Shown here: piece after piece, positions 31,326 to 41,537 of the stretch
Numbering within the stretch: position 1 is the stretch's first letter
Layout: each line of letters starts with the position of its first letter
DNA from: Chitinophagales bacterium
Lineage (GTDB): Bacteria > Bacteroidota > Bacteroidia > Chitinophagales > CAIOSU01
Direction of reading: 5' to 3'
Assembly: GCA_018401955.1 (NCBI GenBank)
Contig: JAGYJT010000006.1
Location: forward strand, 10,351 to 74,350
Length of the DNA stretch: 64,000 bases
Program-made: the position numbers and the translations under genes
Notes under the pieces: model-generated
Databases searched by the model: none
What the model saw: only the letters and a program-made list of their open reading frames with translations
Told to the model about the DNA's origin: nothing

Positions 31326-31973
31326 GTTTTGTCCTGCAGGAAGTGAGGTTTGGCGGGGGGGGTGAACCTTGATTTGCTTGATTACACGATTAGAAAAGGA
31401 TTTTTTTCGTGTTGCGGGTAATCCTTTTCCAATCTACAAATCCTTTATTAAATCAAGGTTCTTACCATTTGGGTTTTGTCGTCCAGGAATGTATATTTTA
31501 TGCGGGTTGTAGGTCTGGTTACTTGCTTGTCTCGCCTTGGGCGAGGGTGGATTGGTTATTGGTTTATTTGTTTTTTTGCCATGGACTATCGATCATGGAC
31601 CATGGACCCGCGCAGCCCAGTTTTGTCGTCCAGGAATCGTTATTTCATGAGGGTTGTGTTACGTGCTGACCACCCCCAACCCCTCCTTTTCCTATCGCTC
31701 ACATGCCATTCGAAGGAGGGGAGCTGTCAAGTGCTCGACTTAGCTCGGCCTTGTTACTTGGCTTTTTTGCCATGGACCATGGACCATTGACTGCGAAGCA
31801 TAGTTTTGTCGTCCACGAATGTATATTTTATGCGGGTTGTGGGGCTAGTTACTGGTCGAAATACGGTAGCTCCCCTCCTTCGCATGGCCATTTTTGCGCG
31901 CTTGCGAAAGGAGGGGCTGGGGGTGGTTAGCGCAGCCCAGTTTTGTCGTGCAGGAAGTGAGTTGTGGCGCAGG
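31326..31973. repeat. Array of five degenerate direct repeats GTTTTGTCGTCCAGGAA(TGTATATTTTATGCGGGTTGT) with ~100-145 nt spacers
   Basis: Starts at 31326, 31473, 31620, 31803, 31940 (periods 147, 147, 183, 137). Confidence 0.85.
31364..31461. repeat. ~98-bp MITE-like element, copy 1
   Basis: TIR GAACCTTGATTT/AAATCAAGGTTC; internal IR AAAAGGATT/AATCCTTTT. Confidence 0.8.
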
Positions 31974-32248
31974 TTTGCCGCGCCTTGGGTAAGCGTGGTT
32001 ACTGTAAATATAAACCGCTGTAAATGAATGGTTTGTGTGGTTGTTGGTTTTTGTATTGGGCTGGGGGAGAGGGAGTTGTGGGGCCGCTTATGGCGGAAAA
32101 TGCAAGCGGATGCTTGCTGCATGGTACACACATGCAAATGTTTGCGCGAGATAGGGGTGAAGGAGTAGCGAAAAACATGAGTTGAAGAACTTGAGATGTT
32201 ATTGAGGGTTTTAAGAGCCTGTTTTAAATTGGCATTTAGTATTTTTAT

Positions 32249-34975
32249 ATGGTAAAATGTAGATGCTTTATGGTATACCTTCTAATTGATACTTGTATTT
32301 GGAAAAAATTAGTTGATAAGGTTCAATTTAATCAAAAGCTATATACCCTGCAAAGTTGGGTAAACTCACGTCAAGTGAAGCTTCTATGTCCTACGATTTT
32401 AAAGACCGAGTGGAAAAAGCATAGAGATATTGAAATAAGGAACATTAATAAGAGGATTGCTGCAAGACGAAAGCAAATAGAAACTGAACAAAATTATGCT
32501 TCTCACATGGGTGCGTTAAAAGATGACCTTGGTTTTGCTTTATTGAAAGGTCAAATAGATGTGATTGATGAAATGTTTGAAAATAGCATTGAAATCCAAT
32601 GGACTGAGGCCGTGAGTGTACTAGGTTTTAATGCACTTAAAAACAAAAAGGCTCCGTTTTTTGAAAGACAAAATAGTGCAGCTGATGCCGAAATGATTTT
32701 CAGTACTTTATTGTTTTTAAAGCAAGATGGAGTTAATGATTTTTATTTTGTGACAGACAATCACAATGACTTTGCAGATATTAAAGATGGGGTTTATTAT
32801 CTGCACCCTGATATCTCTGGCTTATTTCCGACTATCAATATTATTTATATGGATAGTTATGATAATTTTAATAGTCATCTAATTTGCAATAAAAACTTTA
32901 CTGAGAAGATAATTATTAGGGAGAGCATAGACGAAGTTGATTTTAAGTTAAATATAAATGAACATTTAGGAGTAAAGGGTCAAATAGCTGCCTTGTTAAA
33001 ACATTTTAAGGATGTCAATTTTATTCCGTTACCATATATTATTAATAACTACCCATTTGTTAGTAATGAAGCTGGTTACAGTCATTACAGTGGCTTTACT
33101 TTAAAAACTAGAAATAAAGATTTGTTTGAAGGCATAAACGAATTGATCTCTTCAAAACAAACTAATACAGAATCGTTGAGCATAGTAGAAAGGATAGGAT
33201 CTAATTTGATTTATTTCATAGCCAATGATTCAAATGACACACTTGATTTATGCCCTTCAAATCATAATGAGGACTTTTCTATTAAGGGTAAAATAGAACA
33301 CTTTAAACTATTAGAGGCATATAGGGAGTTGCAAGAATGTAAAGACTTTGACCATCCCGATTGGGAAGCATTGGCATATTGTTTTTTTTATTTTGGTGAA
33401 TTTGATAAAGCAGGAAAGCTCTTCAGTAACTCATTGGCGAATCATAAACCTTCTGAACGAAGCAGCTTTAGCTATTCTATAATAGCGTCTAATTTGTTAT
33501 TGCTTAAAAATGTAAGGGATAGTAAAGTTTCTTTAGAATTGGTTTCCACCTTAGACGATAAATTGAAGTCAATTTACCCGTATACGGATAAGTTATTTAT
33601 GGAATATTTAAAGGGATATGATTACTATCACCATACTTTAAACTCCATGACTGCTGTCTTAAAGAAAATAACTGAGCATTTAGAAAGATATCTTCAGAAT
33701 GGTTGGAGTTACAATAACTCTCTAAGAGAAATCATTTGCTATTTCGCTCAATTGGATTTACTCACAAGTAAGAACAACATAATTTTTCACCATTACTCAG
33801 AAATGACCGCTGCTTCTTCTATACTGTTTGAGGCTCTTTTTATCTGCCATTCTTATGGTACTAAAGGGTTAAGGTTACTTGAAGCTTTTGACGATTATTT
33901 TTTGAATAGAATGGTACATTTGGGAAATCCCAAAGAGCTTTTAAGATTTGCGAAAAAATACGGTTTGAATGAAATTACATACTATAGACAGGATAAAAAT
34001 TATTTTATTCGGGACGTGAATAGTTTTTTTGATGATTTTGAAAAGAACTATATCGATATACATGAGATGTCTAAATCAAACCATGTACTCAACGACGTCC
34101 ACAACAGGATGTTTGACAATATCCTTGTTGTGCTATCACTGTTAGATATTGACCAAGATTTTGTACCTGTTATCACTAAAAAAATGGTTTCTTTTATAAG
34201 GGGAAACTCATTGCTCTATCTTACTTCTTATGATTACTTATCAGAATTTGTCAGTAAAAAGGGCAAGTTTATGAATTCTGAAAACCTTACTTCACTTCTC
34301 GAGTTATACTTTGAGGATAGGAACTTGGGACAATTTACTTATCACTCATTGTTATGCCATATAATTGAACAGTTAAATGTGAAGATTACAATTGATTTGT
34401 TAAATTATTTTAATGTCACCAACGCAATGCAAATTGGTCTAATTAGGAACGAGCGAATTAGACTGTTAATGATAGCAAGTAGGGTTATAAGTGATAAAAC
34501 AATTACCAGTAAACTTAGCGCAACTGTAGAGGAAACAGATGAACTTGAATTAATTTATTGGGCCTTAATGTACGACATACCTGTGTCAAAGACAAAAGAG
34601 GAGCATTATTTTAGGCTGGCATTGGAAAGACAAATTAACAGATATGCCCATTCGGATGATTTCTATGGACGATTAAATTCTTTGGGAAATGAGATGATAA
34701 ATATCGCCTTTATGAAGGGATATGAACTGAATTCTGAGAGATTTCAACCGCTTGCGCAATTATCAGAATATTTTAATTGGCTATTAAATATAGGAACTTA
34801 CGATTATTCTAAGTTTCAATTTGAATGGCTGTTCTATTACTTTAACGTGAATTACAAGAAAGAGTTTAGTAAGCATCCACAATTGAAACTCAAAGTTTTT
34901 GAGATTTTGGCAAATAATAGAAATATAAAAGGTGCTGAAACAGCATTTGGTATGTTTAAGGATATCGAAAATTAA
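32249..34975 (+). CDS. PIN-domain (DUF4935-like) protein with long helical/TPR C-terminal region resembling DSR2; putative anti-phage protein
   Basis: LLIDTCIW, KTEW, AADAEMI, FVTDNHNDF; TPR-like LAYCFFYFGEFDKAGKLF; C-terminal YFNWLL..YDYSKFQFEWL; strongly AT-rich; start may be the Met at 32270. Confidence 0.8.
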   Translation: MVKCRCFMVYLLIDTCIWKKLVDKVQFNQKLYTLQSWVNSRQVKLLCPTILKTEWKKHRDIEIRNINKRIAARRKQIETEQNYASHMGALKDDLGFALLKGQIDVIDEMFENSIEIQWTEAVSVLGFNALKNKKAPFFERQNSAADAEMIFSTLLFLKQDGVNDFYFVTDNHNDFADIKDGVYYLHPDISGLFPTINIIYMDSYDNFNSHLICNKNFTEKIIIRESIDEVDFKLNINEHLGVKGQIAALLKHFKDVNFIPLPYIINNYPFVSNEAGYSHYSGFTLKTRNKDLFEGINELISSKQTNTESLSIVERIGSNLIYFIANDSNDTLDLCPSNHNEDFSIKGKIEHFKLLEAYRELQECKDFDHPDWEALAYCFFYFGEFDKAGKLFSNSLANHKPSERSSFSYSIIASNLLLLKNVRDSKVSLELVSTLDDKLKSIYPYTDKLFMEYLKGYDYYHHTLNSMTAVLKKITEHLERYLQNGWSYNNSLREIICYFAQLDLLTSKNNIIFHHYSEMTAASSILFEALFICHSYGTKGLRLLEAFDDYFLNRMVHLGNPKELLRFAKKYGLNEITYYRQDKNYFIRDVNSFFDDFEKNYIDIHEMSKSNHVLNDVHNRMFDNILVVLSLLDIDQDFVPVITKKMVSFIRGNSLLYLTSYDYLSEFVSKKGKFMNSENLTSLLELYFEDRNLGQFTYHSLLCHIIEQLNVKITIDLLNYFNVTNAMQIGLIRNERIRLLMIASRVISDKTITSKLSATVEETDELELIYWALMYDIPVSKTKEEHYFRLALERQINRYAHSDDFYGRLNSLGNEMINIAFMKGYELNSERFQPLAQLSEYFNWLLNIGTYDYSKFQFEWLFYYFNVNYKKEFSKHPQLKLKVFEILANNRNIKGAETAFGMFKDIEN

Positions 34976-34980
34976 TCTCT

Positions 34981-35078
34981 CTCTCGCGGAAGTTCCTCTT
35001 CCGTGAGAGGGAACTTAGTTCCCACGCATTAAAAGTTCGAACCAAGTTCCAACGGCACGAAAGTAACTTTCACGCTAG
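34981..35078. repeat. Degenerate REP-like hairpins downstream of the PIN gene
   Basis: CTCTCGCGGAAG..CTTCCGTGAGAG; GGGAACT.AGTTCCC; GAAAGTAACTTTC. Confidence 0.55.
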
Positions 35079-35100
35079 TATAACTCAGACTGCCTTATTT

Positions 35101-36279
35101 CTACACCACCGCCACAAACAACCTATTCTCCTTGCCCTGCAGCGCATATAGCGAGGCGAAGGCGACTTCGGCAATGAGGTACTTTGCGCGGGGAGAGGTG
35201 TATTGCTCTATCACTTCTTTAATGTCCAAAGGTTCCAGTTCGGTGTCGTGGGTGTAGCGTATGTATAGGCGCAGCGTGAAGTCGGTGTGCAGTTGGTGCA
35301 GGCCGTGGCCGTTGGCTGCTATGTTTTGGTGCAGCTTTTTGTACTCGTAGCGGTATTGGTGGCTTAGTGCCGCCACATCGCTTAGCACGGCCGCGCCGGT
35401 AGGGTAGCTGCCTGCCCCCTTGCCCACCAGCAGTTGCTTGCCCGAAAATGCCCCATCTATCTCCACGGCGTTGTATTCGTTGTCGATGTTGATGAGGTTG
35501 CTCTCGGTGCCCACAAAGCGGGGCAGCACGTATGCTTGCAGTTGGTTGCCGTTGCGGGCGGCGTAGGCCACCAGCTTAATGCGCTGACCTTTGAGGGCGG
35601 CATGTTCAATATCAAATGCCGAAATGTTTTGTATGCCCAGGTTGAGCACTTCTTCGGGCTTGAAAATTACGCCAAAGGCATGCACCACCAGCAGCACCAG
35701 TTTGTATTTCGGGTCGAAGCCTGCTACATCGAGCCACGGGTCTATTTCGGCAAAGCCGAGCTCTTGGGCTTGTGCCAGGGCGGTAGCATAGTCCAGCCCG
35801 TCCTTATCCATGCGGGTGAGGATGTAGTTGCTGCTGCCATTGATGATGCCGCTGATGCTGTTAAGCGACTCGGTATCGTAGTACTCCTCCAAGTTGCGGA
35901 TGATGGGGATGCTGCCCGCGCAAGCACCCTCGTATAACAACGCCACGCTAAATTTTTGCTGCAATTGGAAGAGGGTGCTGAAGTGCTCGGCCAGCAGTTT
36001 TTTATTGGCTGATACTACGTGCAGCCCGCGCTGTATGGCCGTGCGCACAATATCGAGGGCATCTTCGGCATTGTCTACCAGTTCTACAATGGCCTGTATG
36101 TCGTTGCGGCCCAGTATCTCTAGGCTGTCAAACGAGAAATGGTCGAGGGCGATTTTGCGCGGTTTGTGGCGGTTTTTTACGCCAATTTTTTGGATGCCGG
36201 CCTTAAAGCCGTGGCTTTGCCCAAGGGCATCATAGAGTCCCTGGCCCACGCATCCAAATCCGAAAAGTGCTATCTTCAT
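35101..36279 (-). CDS. hom: Homoserine dehydrogenase
   Basis: GFGCVG, VVSANK, YEGACAGSIPII, GIINGSSNYIL, AQELGFAE, GKGAG. Confidence 0.93.
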   Translation of the reverse strand: MKIALFGFGCVGQGLYDALGQSHGFKAGIQKIGVKNRHKPRKIALDHFSFDSLEILGRNDIQAIVELVDNAEDALDIVRTAIQRGLHVVSANKKLLAEHFSTLFQLQQKFSVALLYEGACAGSIPIIRNLEEYYDTESLNSISGIINGSSNYILTRMDKDGLDYATALAQAQELGFAEIDPWLDVAGFDPKYKLVLLVVHAFGVIFKPEEVLNLGIQNISAFDIEHAALKGQRIKLVAYAARNGNQLQAYVLPRFVGTESNLINIDNEYNAVEIDGAFSGKQLLVGKGAGSYPTGAAVLSDVAALSHQYRYEYKKLHQNIAANGHGLHQLHTDFTLRLYIRYTHDTELEPLDIKEVIEQYTSPRAKYLIAEVAFASLYALQGKENRLFVAVV

Positions 36280-36495
36280 TTTGGTTGATTGGTTACTGGT
36301 TACTGGTTGATTGGTGTTGTTTCGTCCATGGTCGATTGTCCATGGTCCACGGTGATTTTCTTTGCGTTCGTTGCGATTTTATCGTTGCGCACGTTGCGGT
36401 TAAAGCACATAATATGTATGAATCGCCTCGTCTAAGCCGAGACAAGCTATCGTGTGCAAAGGAATTATGCAAAGGCCGCTACGTGTTGATTAGTT

Positions 36496-37557
36496 TCAAT
36501 CGTATTTCGTACCTCGTAAATCGTAAATCGGCACATCTTGATACTCGGTAACAAACTCCTCCAGCAACCCACTCAAGGCTTCAAACTCCAATAAAAAGCC
36601 ATCATGCCCATATATGGACGTGATGCTTTTGTGGATGCCGTTTTGAACGTTATCTGCAATAAACGCTTGCTCGTGGGGCGGAAACAACAAATCGCTGGTA
36701 ATGCTTACTGCCAACAATGGGGTAGTGATGGTGGCCAATGTTTCGGTTAACTCACCGCCTCGTCCTCGGCTTATGTTATGGCTATCCATGGCCTTGCTTA
36801 ATGCATAGTAGCTAAAGGCATTGAACCGTTTGGCGAGCTTTTCGCCTTGGTAGCGTTGGTAGCTGCTGGCTTTATAACCTTCAATTTTACCAGCATCGTC
36901 AAGTTGCGTTAAGTGGTAGGTGTCGTATGAGCGATAGGAAAGCATGGCAATGGAGCGCGCTATTTTAAGGCCGTTTAAGCCCGCTTCGGCATTGCTGTTT
37001 TTCCAGGTAGGGTCTTGTTCAATGGCTAGGCGCTGGCTCTCATTAAAAGCAACGCCCCACGGTGAGTGCCTGGCGCTTGTGGCAATTACTGCGGCTTGAT
37101 TAAAAACACCCGGTTCGCGCACGAGCCACTCCAACAATTGGTGCCCGCCCAATGAGCCCGCAATGCCCAAGTGTATGTGCTCGATGCCCAAATGCTGGCG
37201 CAGCAACACATGTGCCTCCACCATATCCTTTACCGTTACCAAAGGGAAACTATGATAGTATGGTTCAAAGGTTTCGGGGTTGATGCTCAGCGGCCCAGTG
37301 GTACCATAGCACGAGCCAAGTATGTTGGCGCAAACGATGAAGTACTTTTGCGGGTCGATGAACTTGCCTTCGCCCACCAAGCCATCCCACCAATCGGCGG
37401 CATCGGCATTGGCAGTAAGGGCGTGGCAAATCCATACTACATTGTCTTTAGCTGGGCTAAGAGTGCCGTAGGTATGGTAAACCACTTCAGGCCGGAGCAG
37501 CGTTTCACCGCTCTCCAGCCTAAGGGTATGGGGTATTTTAAACTTGTGTTCAGCCAT
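36496..37557 (-). CDS. metX: Homoserine O-acetyltransferase
   Basis: ICHALT, NILGSCYGTTGP, GSLGG nucleophile, SDLLFP, YGHDGFL. Confidence 0.93.
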   Translation of the reverse strand: MAEHKFKIPHTLRLESGETLLRPEVVYHTYGTLSPAKDNVVWICHALTANADAADWWDGLVGEGKFIDPQKYFIVCANILGSCYGTTGPLSINPETFEPYYHSFPLVTVKDMVEAHVLLRQHLGIEHIHLGIAGSLGGHQLLEWLVREPGVFNQAAVIATSARHSPWGVAFNESQRLAIEQDPTWKNSNAEAGLNGLKIARSIAMLSYRSYDTYHLTQLDDAGKIEGYKASSYQRYQGEKLAKRFNAFSYYALSKAMDSHNISRGRGGELTETLATITTPLLAVSITSDLLFPPHEQAFIADNVQNGIHKSITSIYGHDGFLLEFEALSGLLEEFVTEYQDVPIYDLRGTKYD

Positions 37558-37660
37558 TATGTTAATTTGAAAATTTGAAGATGAGTTAATTTGAAAATGG
37601 CTTTACGGAGCGGTAAAAACCATTTTCAAATTTTCAAATTGCCTCATTTCCAAGTTGGGT

Positions 37661-38998
<1,338 letters not shown>

Positions 38999-39042
38999 TT
39001 ATTGGTTTTTAAAAGTTGATTTATAATGGTTGAATTGGGTTG

Positions 39043-39082
39043 AAAAAGAAAAACCCGGCTCGGATAGGCTCCGGCCGGGTTT
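39043..39082 (-). terminator. Attenuator terminator upstream of metY
   Basis: Minus strand AAACCCGGC-CGGA-GCCTA-TCCG-A-GCCGGGTTT followed by TTCTTTTT. Confidence 0.85.
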
Positions 39083-39105
39083 AGAATATGCACCACGCTA
39101 AACGT

Positions 39106-39183
39106 TTACATACACCAATACCTGTCCGGTTGCCGGGGCGGGCAACAACAACAGCACATCATGGTTTGGGTGTATTGGTTCAT
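39106..39183 (-). CDS. Leader peptide MNQYTQTMMCCCCCPPRQPDRYWCM (not in ORF track)
   Basis: ATG at 39183, ATG ATG then five Cys codons, TAA at 39106, directly before a terminator and metY. Confidence 0.8.
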   Translation of the reverse strand: MNQYTQTMMCCCCCPPRQPDRYWCM

Positions 39184-39268
39184 TGGTAACTTGTTATAGG
39201 TTAATGGTTGAATTCAAAATTTAAAATTGAAAATTGCATTGTTCTTGTTTTGATCCTTGATACTAAAA

Positions 39269-40429
39269 TCAGTACTTCGCCAAGCTAGTATCCACCTCAT
39301 CGGCGTAGGCCAATATGCCACCTTTGAGGTTGTAAAGGTTATCATAGCCAAACTGGGTTTCCAGTAGGCGAACGGCATTGGCGCTACGGGCACCACTGCG
39401 GCAATGTATAATTACTTGCTTGCCCTTGGCAATACGCTCTGCATTGGCAGGCACCGTAGCTAAAGGAATCAATTCGGCACCCAAGTTGGCAAGGTTAGCA
39501 ATCTCATATTCGTACTCTTCGCGCACGTCAATCAATTGGAAATCGGCACCTTGGTCTTTTAAGGCTTTCAGTTCGGTTACGGTTATCTCTTTCACGGTAT
39601 TGTCTTTTTTAGCCTCGGTAGCGGCTGGTTTTTCAATACCACAAAATTGCTCATAATCAATCAGTTTTTCAATCTTTGGGGTGTTCGGGTCTTTCTTGAA
39701 TTTGAGTGTGCGGCTCTCAAAGCTCAGCGCATCAAACAAATACAACCGGCCCACCAAAGGTTCGCCCACGCCAGTAATTACCTTAATCACCTCACTGGCT
39801 TGCAAGCTGCCGATAATGCCAGGCAACACGCCCAATACGCCACCTTCGGCACAGCTAGGTACAAGGCCCGGTGGCGGCGGGGTAGGGTATAGGTCGCGGT
39901 ACTGCGGACCAAAAGTGCCATCGGCATATTTGTAATTAAACACGGTTACCTGCCCATCGAAACGGAAGATAGAAGCATACACGTTGGTTTTGCCTTGTAT
40001 CACGGCCGCATCGTTTACCAAGTATCGGGTAGGGAAGTTATCCGTACCATCGGCTACTAAATCATAGTCTTTTAACAGCTCCAATGCGTTGCTGCTATGA
40101 AACTGCGTGTTGTAGGTATTGATGGTAATGTATGGATTTAAGGCGCGCAACCTATCGGCGGCGGCTTCCACTTTCGGGCGACCTACATCACCAACACCAA
40201 ACAATACTTGGCGCTGCAAGTTGCTATCGTCAACTTTATCAAAGTCAACTATGCCCAAGGTACCCACACCGGCTGCTGCTAGGTAAAGCAATAGTGGACT
40301 GCCCAAGCCACCGGTACCTATTACCAGCACTTTGGCTTCTTTCAATTTGCGCTGCCCCTCCATACCAAATTCTGGTATAATGATGTGGCGGCTATATCGT
40401 TCTAGTTCTTGTTTACTGAAATTCGACAT
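39269..40429 (-). CDS. moeZ: MoeZ/MoeB-type E1-like adenylyltransferase with C-terminal rhodanese domain
   Basis: RYSRH, GTGGLG, SNLQRQ, DGTDNFPTRY, SCAEGGVLG, rhodanese HCRSGARS. Confidence 0.9.
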   Translation of the reverse strand: MSNFSKQELERYSRHIIIPEFGMEGQRKLKEAKVLVIGTGGLGSPLLLYLAAAGVGTLGIVDFDKVDDSNLQRQVLFGVGDVGRPKVEAAADRLRALNPYITINTYNTQFHSSNALELLKDYDLVADGTDNFPTRYLVNDAAVIQGKTNVYASIFRFDGQVTVFNYKYADGTFGPQYRDLYPTPPPPGLVPSCAEGGVLGVLPGIIGSLQASEVIKVITGVGEPLVGRLYLFDALSFESRTLKFKKDPNTPKIEKLIDYEQFCGIEKPAATEAKKDNTVKEITVTELKALKDQGADFQLIDVREEYEYEIANLANLGAELIPLATVPANAERIAKGKQVIIHCRSGARSANAVRLLETQFGYDNLYNLKGGILAYADEVDTSLAKY

Positions 40430-40508
40430 GCGTCTTAGTTCAAAATTTAAAATTCAAAATTCAAAATTGTTTTTTTACCATGGACCATCGACTATGGACC
40501 ATGGACTA

Positions 40509-40784
40509 TTAGCAGCCTCCCGCAATGGCAGGTACTATGCTTATTACGGTTCCGCTCTCTACTGCGGTAGCATTGTTATCAAGGTCTTTTATATCGTCTT
40601 CGCCTACAAACACCTTGATAAATTGGCGCACCTGTCCGTTATCATCAAATAGATGGCCTTTTACGCCTGGGTACGTGGTTGTCAATTCGTTCAATGCCTC
40701 GCCCACGTTGCCGGAGGTAGCTTGAAAGCTGCTCTGGTTATCGGTAAACTTACGTAGCGGTGTAGGTATGATAATTTTTGCCAT
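40509..40784 (-). CDS. cysO: Ubiquitin-like sulfur carrier (MoaD/ThiS/CysO family) ending AGG-C
   Basis: IPTPLRKFT..., ISIVPAIAGGC*. Confidence 0.85.
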   Translation of the reverse strand: MAKIIIPTPLRKFTDNQSSFQATSGNVGEALNELTTTYPGVKGHLFDDNGQVRQFIKVFVGEDDIKDLDNNATAVESGTVISIVPAIAGGC

Positions 40785-40841
40785 GGGGTTTGTTATTGGT
40801 TATAGGGTTATTTGTTATTGGTTTATTTGTAATTCGTATTC

Positions 40842-40939
40842 GAACCTTGATTTTTTTGATTCCCGTTATTTGAAAAGGATTTTTACATACTATGGTATAA
40901 TCCTTTTCTAATCCATAAATCCTTTCAAAATCATGGTTC
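40842..40939. repeat. ~98-bp MITE-like element, copy 2
   Basis: GAACCTTGATTT...AAAAGGATT...AATCCTTTT...AAATCATGGTTC. Confidence 0.8.
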
Positions 40940-40942
40940 AAA

Positions 40943-41419
40943 CTATTGGTTAAAGTTCGACAGCAACGCATCCACGTCAAAAGGGTTGTTTTGGTTAATT
41001 ACCTTTTCCTCCTCAAAGCGACCTTGATCATTCAGTTTCCAAGAAAGTACCGCCGCCGTTTTTGCTTTTTTTACTGATACAATAATGTACGAGAAGTAAG
41101 GCAATGCTTGGCGCAAATCGTGCTCGCTCGGTATGGCTGCGTGCTCTGGGTGGCTGTGGTACACGCCCAGCAGTGTTAGGCCATTTTCATCAGCATACTG
41201 CTCGGCTTTCATGTAATCAATTGATGAAATTTCAAACCTTCGTTCACGGTTTTCCTCTTTGGTATTTACTACTGGTATTGCTTCAGTAACAATTCGCTTA
41301 TCATCATCACTGCCATAAAAAAAACCGCAGCACTCGTGAGGGTAAGTGCTCTCAGCATCTTTAATAATCACTTTTCGTGCATCCTCAGTAAGTATCAGTT
41401 CACTCATCTTTTGGTCCAT
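40943..41419 (-). CDS. mec: JAMM/M67 metallopeptidase (Mec-like CysO-Cys carboxypeptidase)
   Basis: YPHECCG, GVYHSHP, PSEHD JAMM motif. Confidence 0.9.
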   Translation of the reverse strand: MDQKMSELILTEDARKVIIKDAESTYPHECCGFFYGSDDDKRIVTEAIPVVNTKEENRERRFEISSIDYMKAEQYADENGLTLLGVYHSHPEHAAIPSEHDLRQALPYFSYIIVSVKKAKTAAVLSWKLNDQGRFEEEKVINQNNPFDVDALLSNFNQ

Positions 41420-41430
41420 TGTTTTTGTAA

Positions 41431-41529
41431 GAACCTTGATTTTGCTTGATTCTCTTGATTTGAAAAGGATTTTTTACATACTTCGGTAAAATCCTTTTCT
41501 AATCTGTTAATCCTTTTGAATCATGGTTC
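41431..41529. repeat. ~98-bp MITE-like element, copy 3
   Basis: GAACCTTGATT...AAAAGGATT...AATCCTTTT...AATCATGGTTC. Confidence 0.8.
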
Positions 41530-41537
41530 AGACCTTA

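Noticed and set aside
31326-31973. CRISPR array (repeat starts GTTTT)
   Set aside because: Spacers are ~100-145 nt, uneven and made of host repeats; repeats are degenerate; no cas genes in the window. Kept as a non-CRISPR array.
31409-32137. Short ORFs across the array (31409, 31476, 31703, 31754, 31806)
   Set aside because: They are translations of repeats; differences between units are non-synonymous and include a stop in the minus-strand frame.
40509-41419. CBASS/Bil-type ubiquitin-like defence system (E1, Ubl, JAMM)
   Set aside because: No E2 or CD-NTase; the cysM/metY context and rhodanese fusion point to sulfur transfer.
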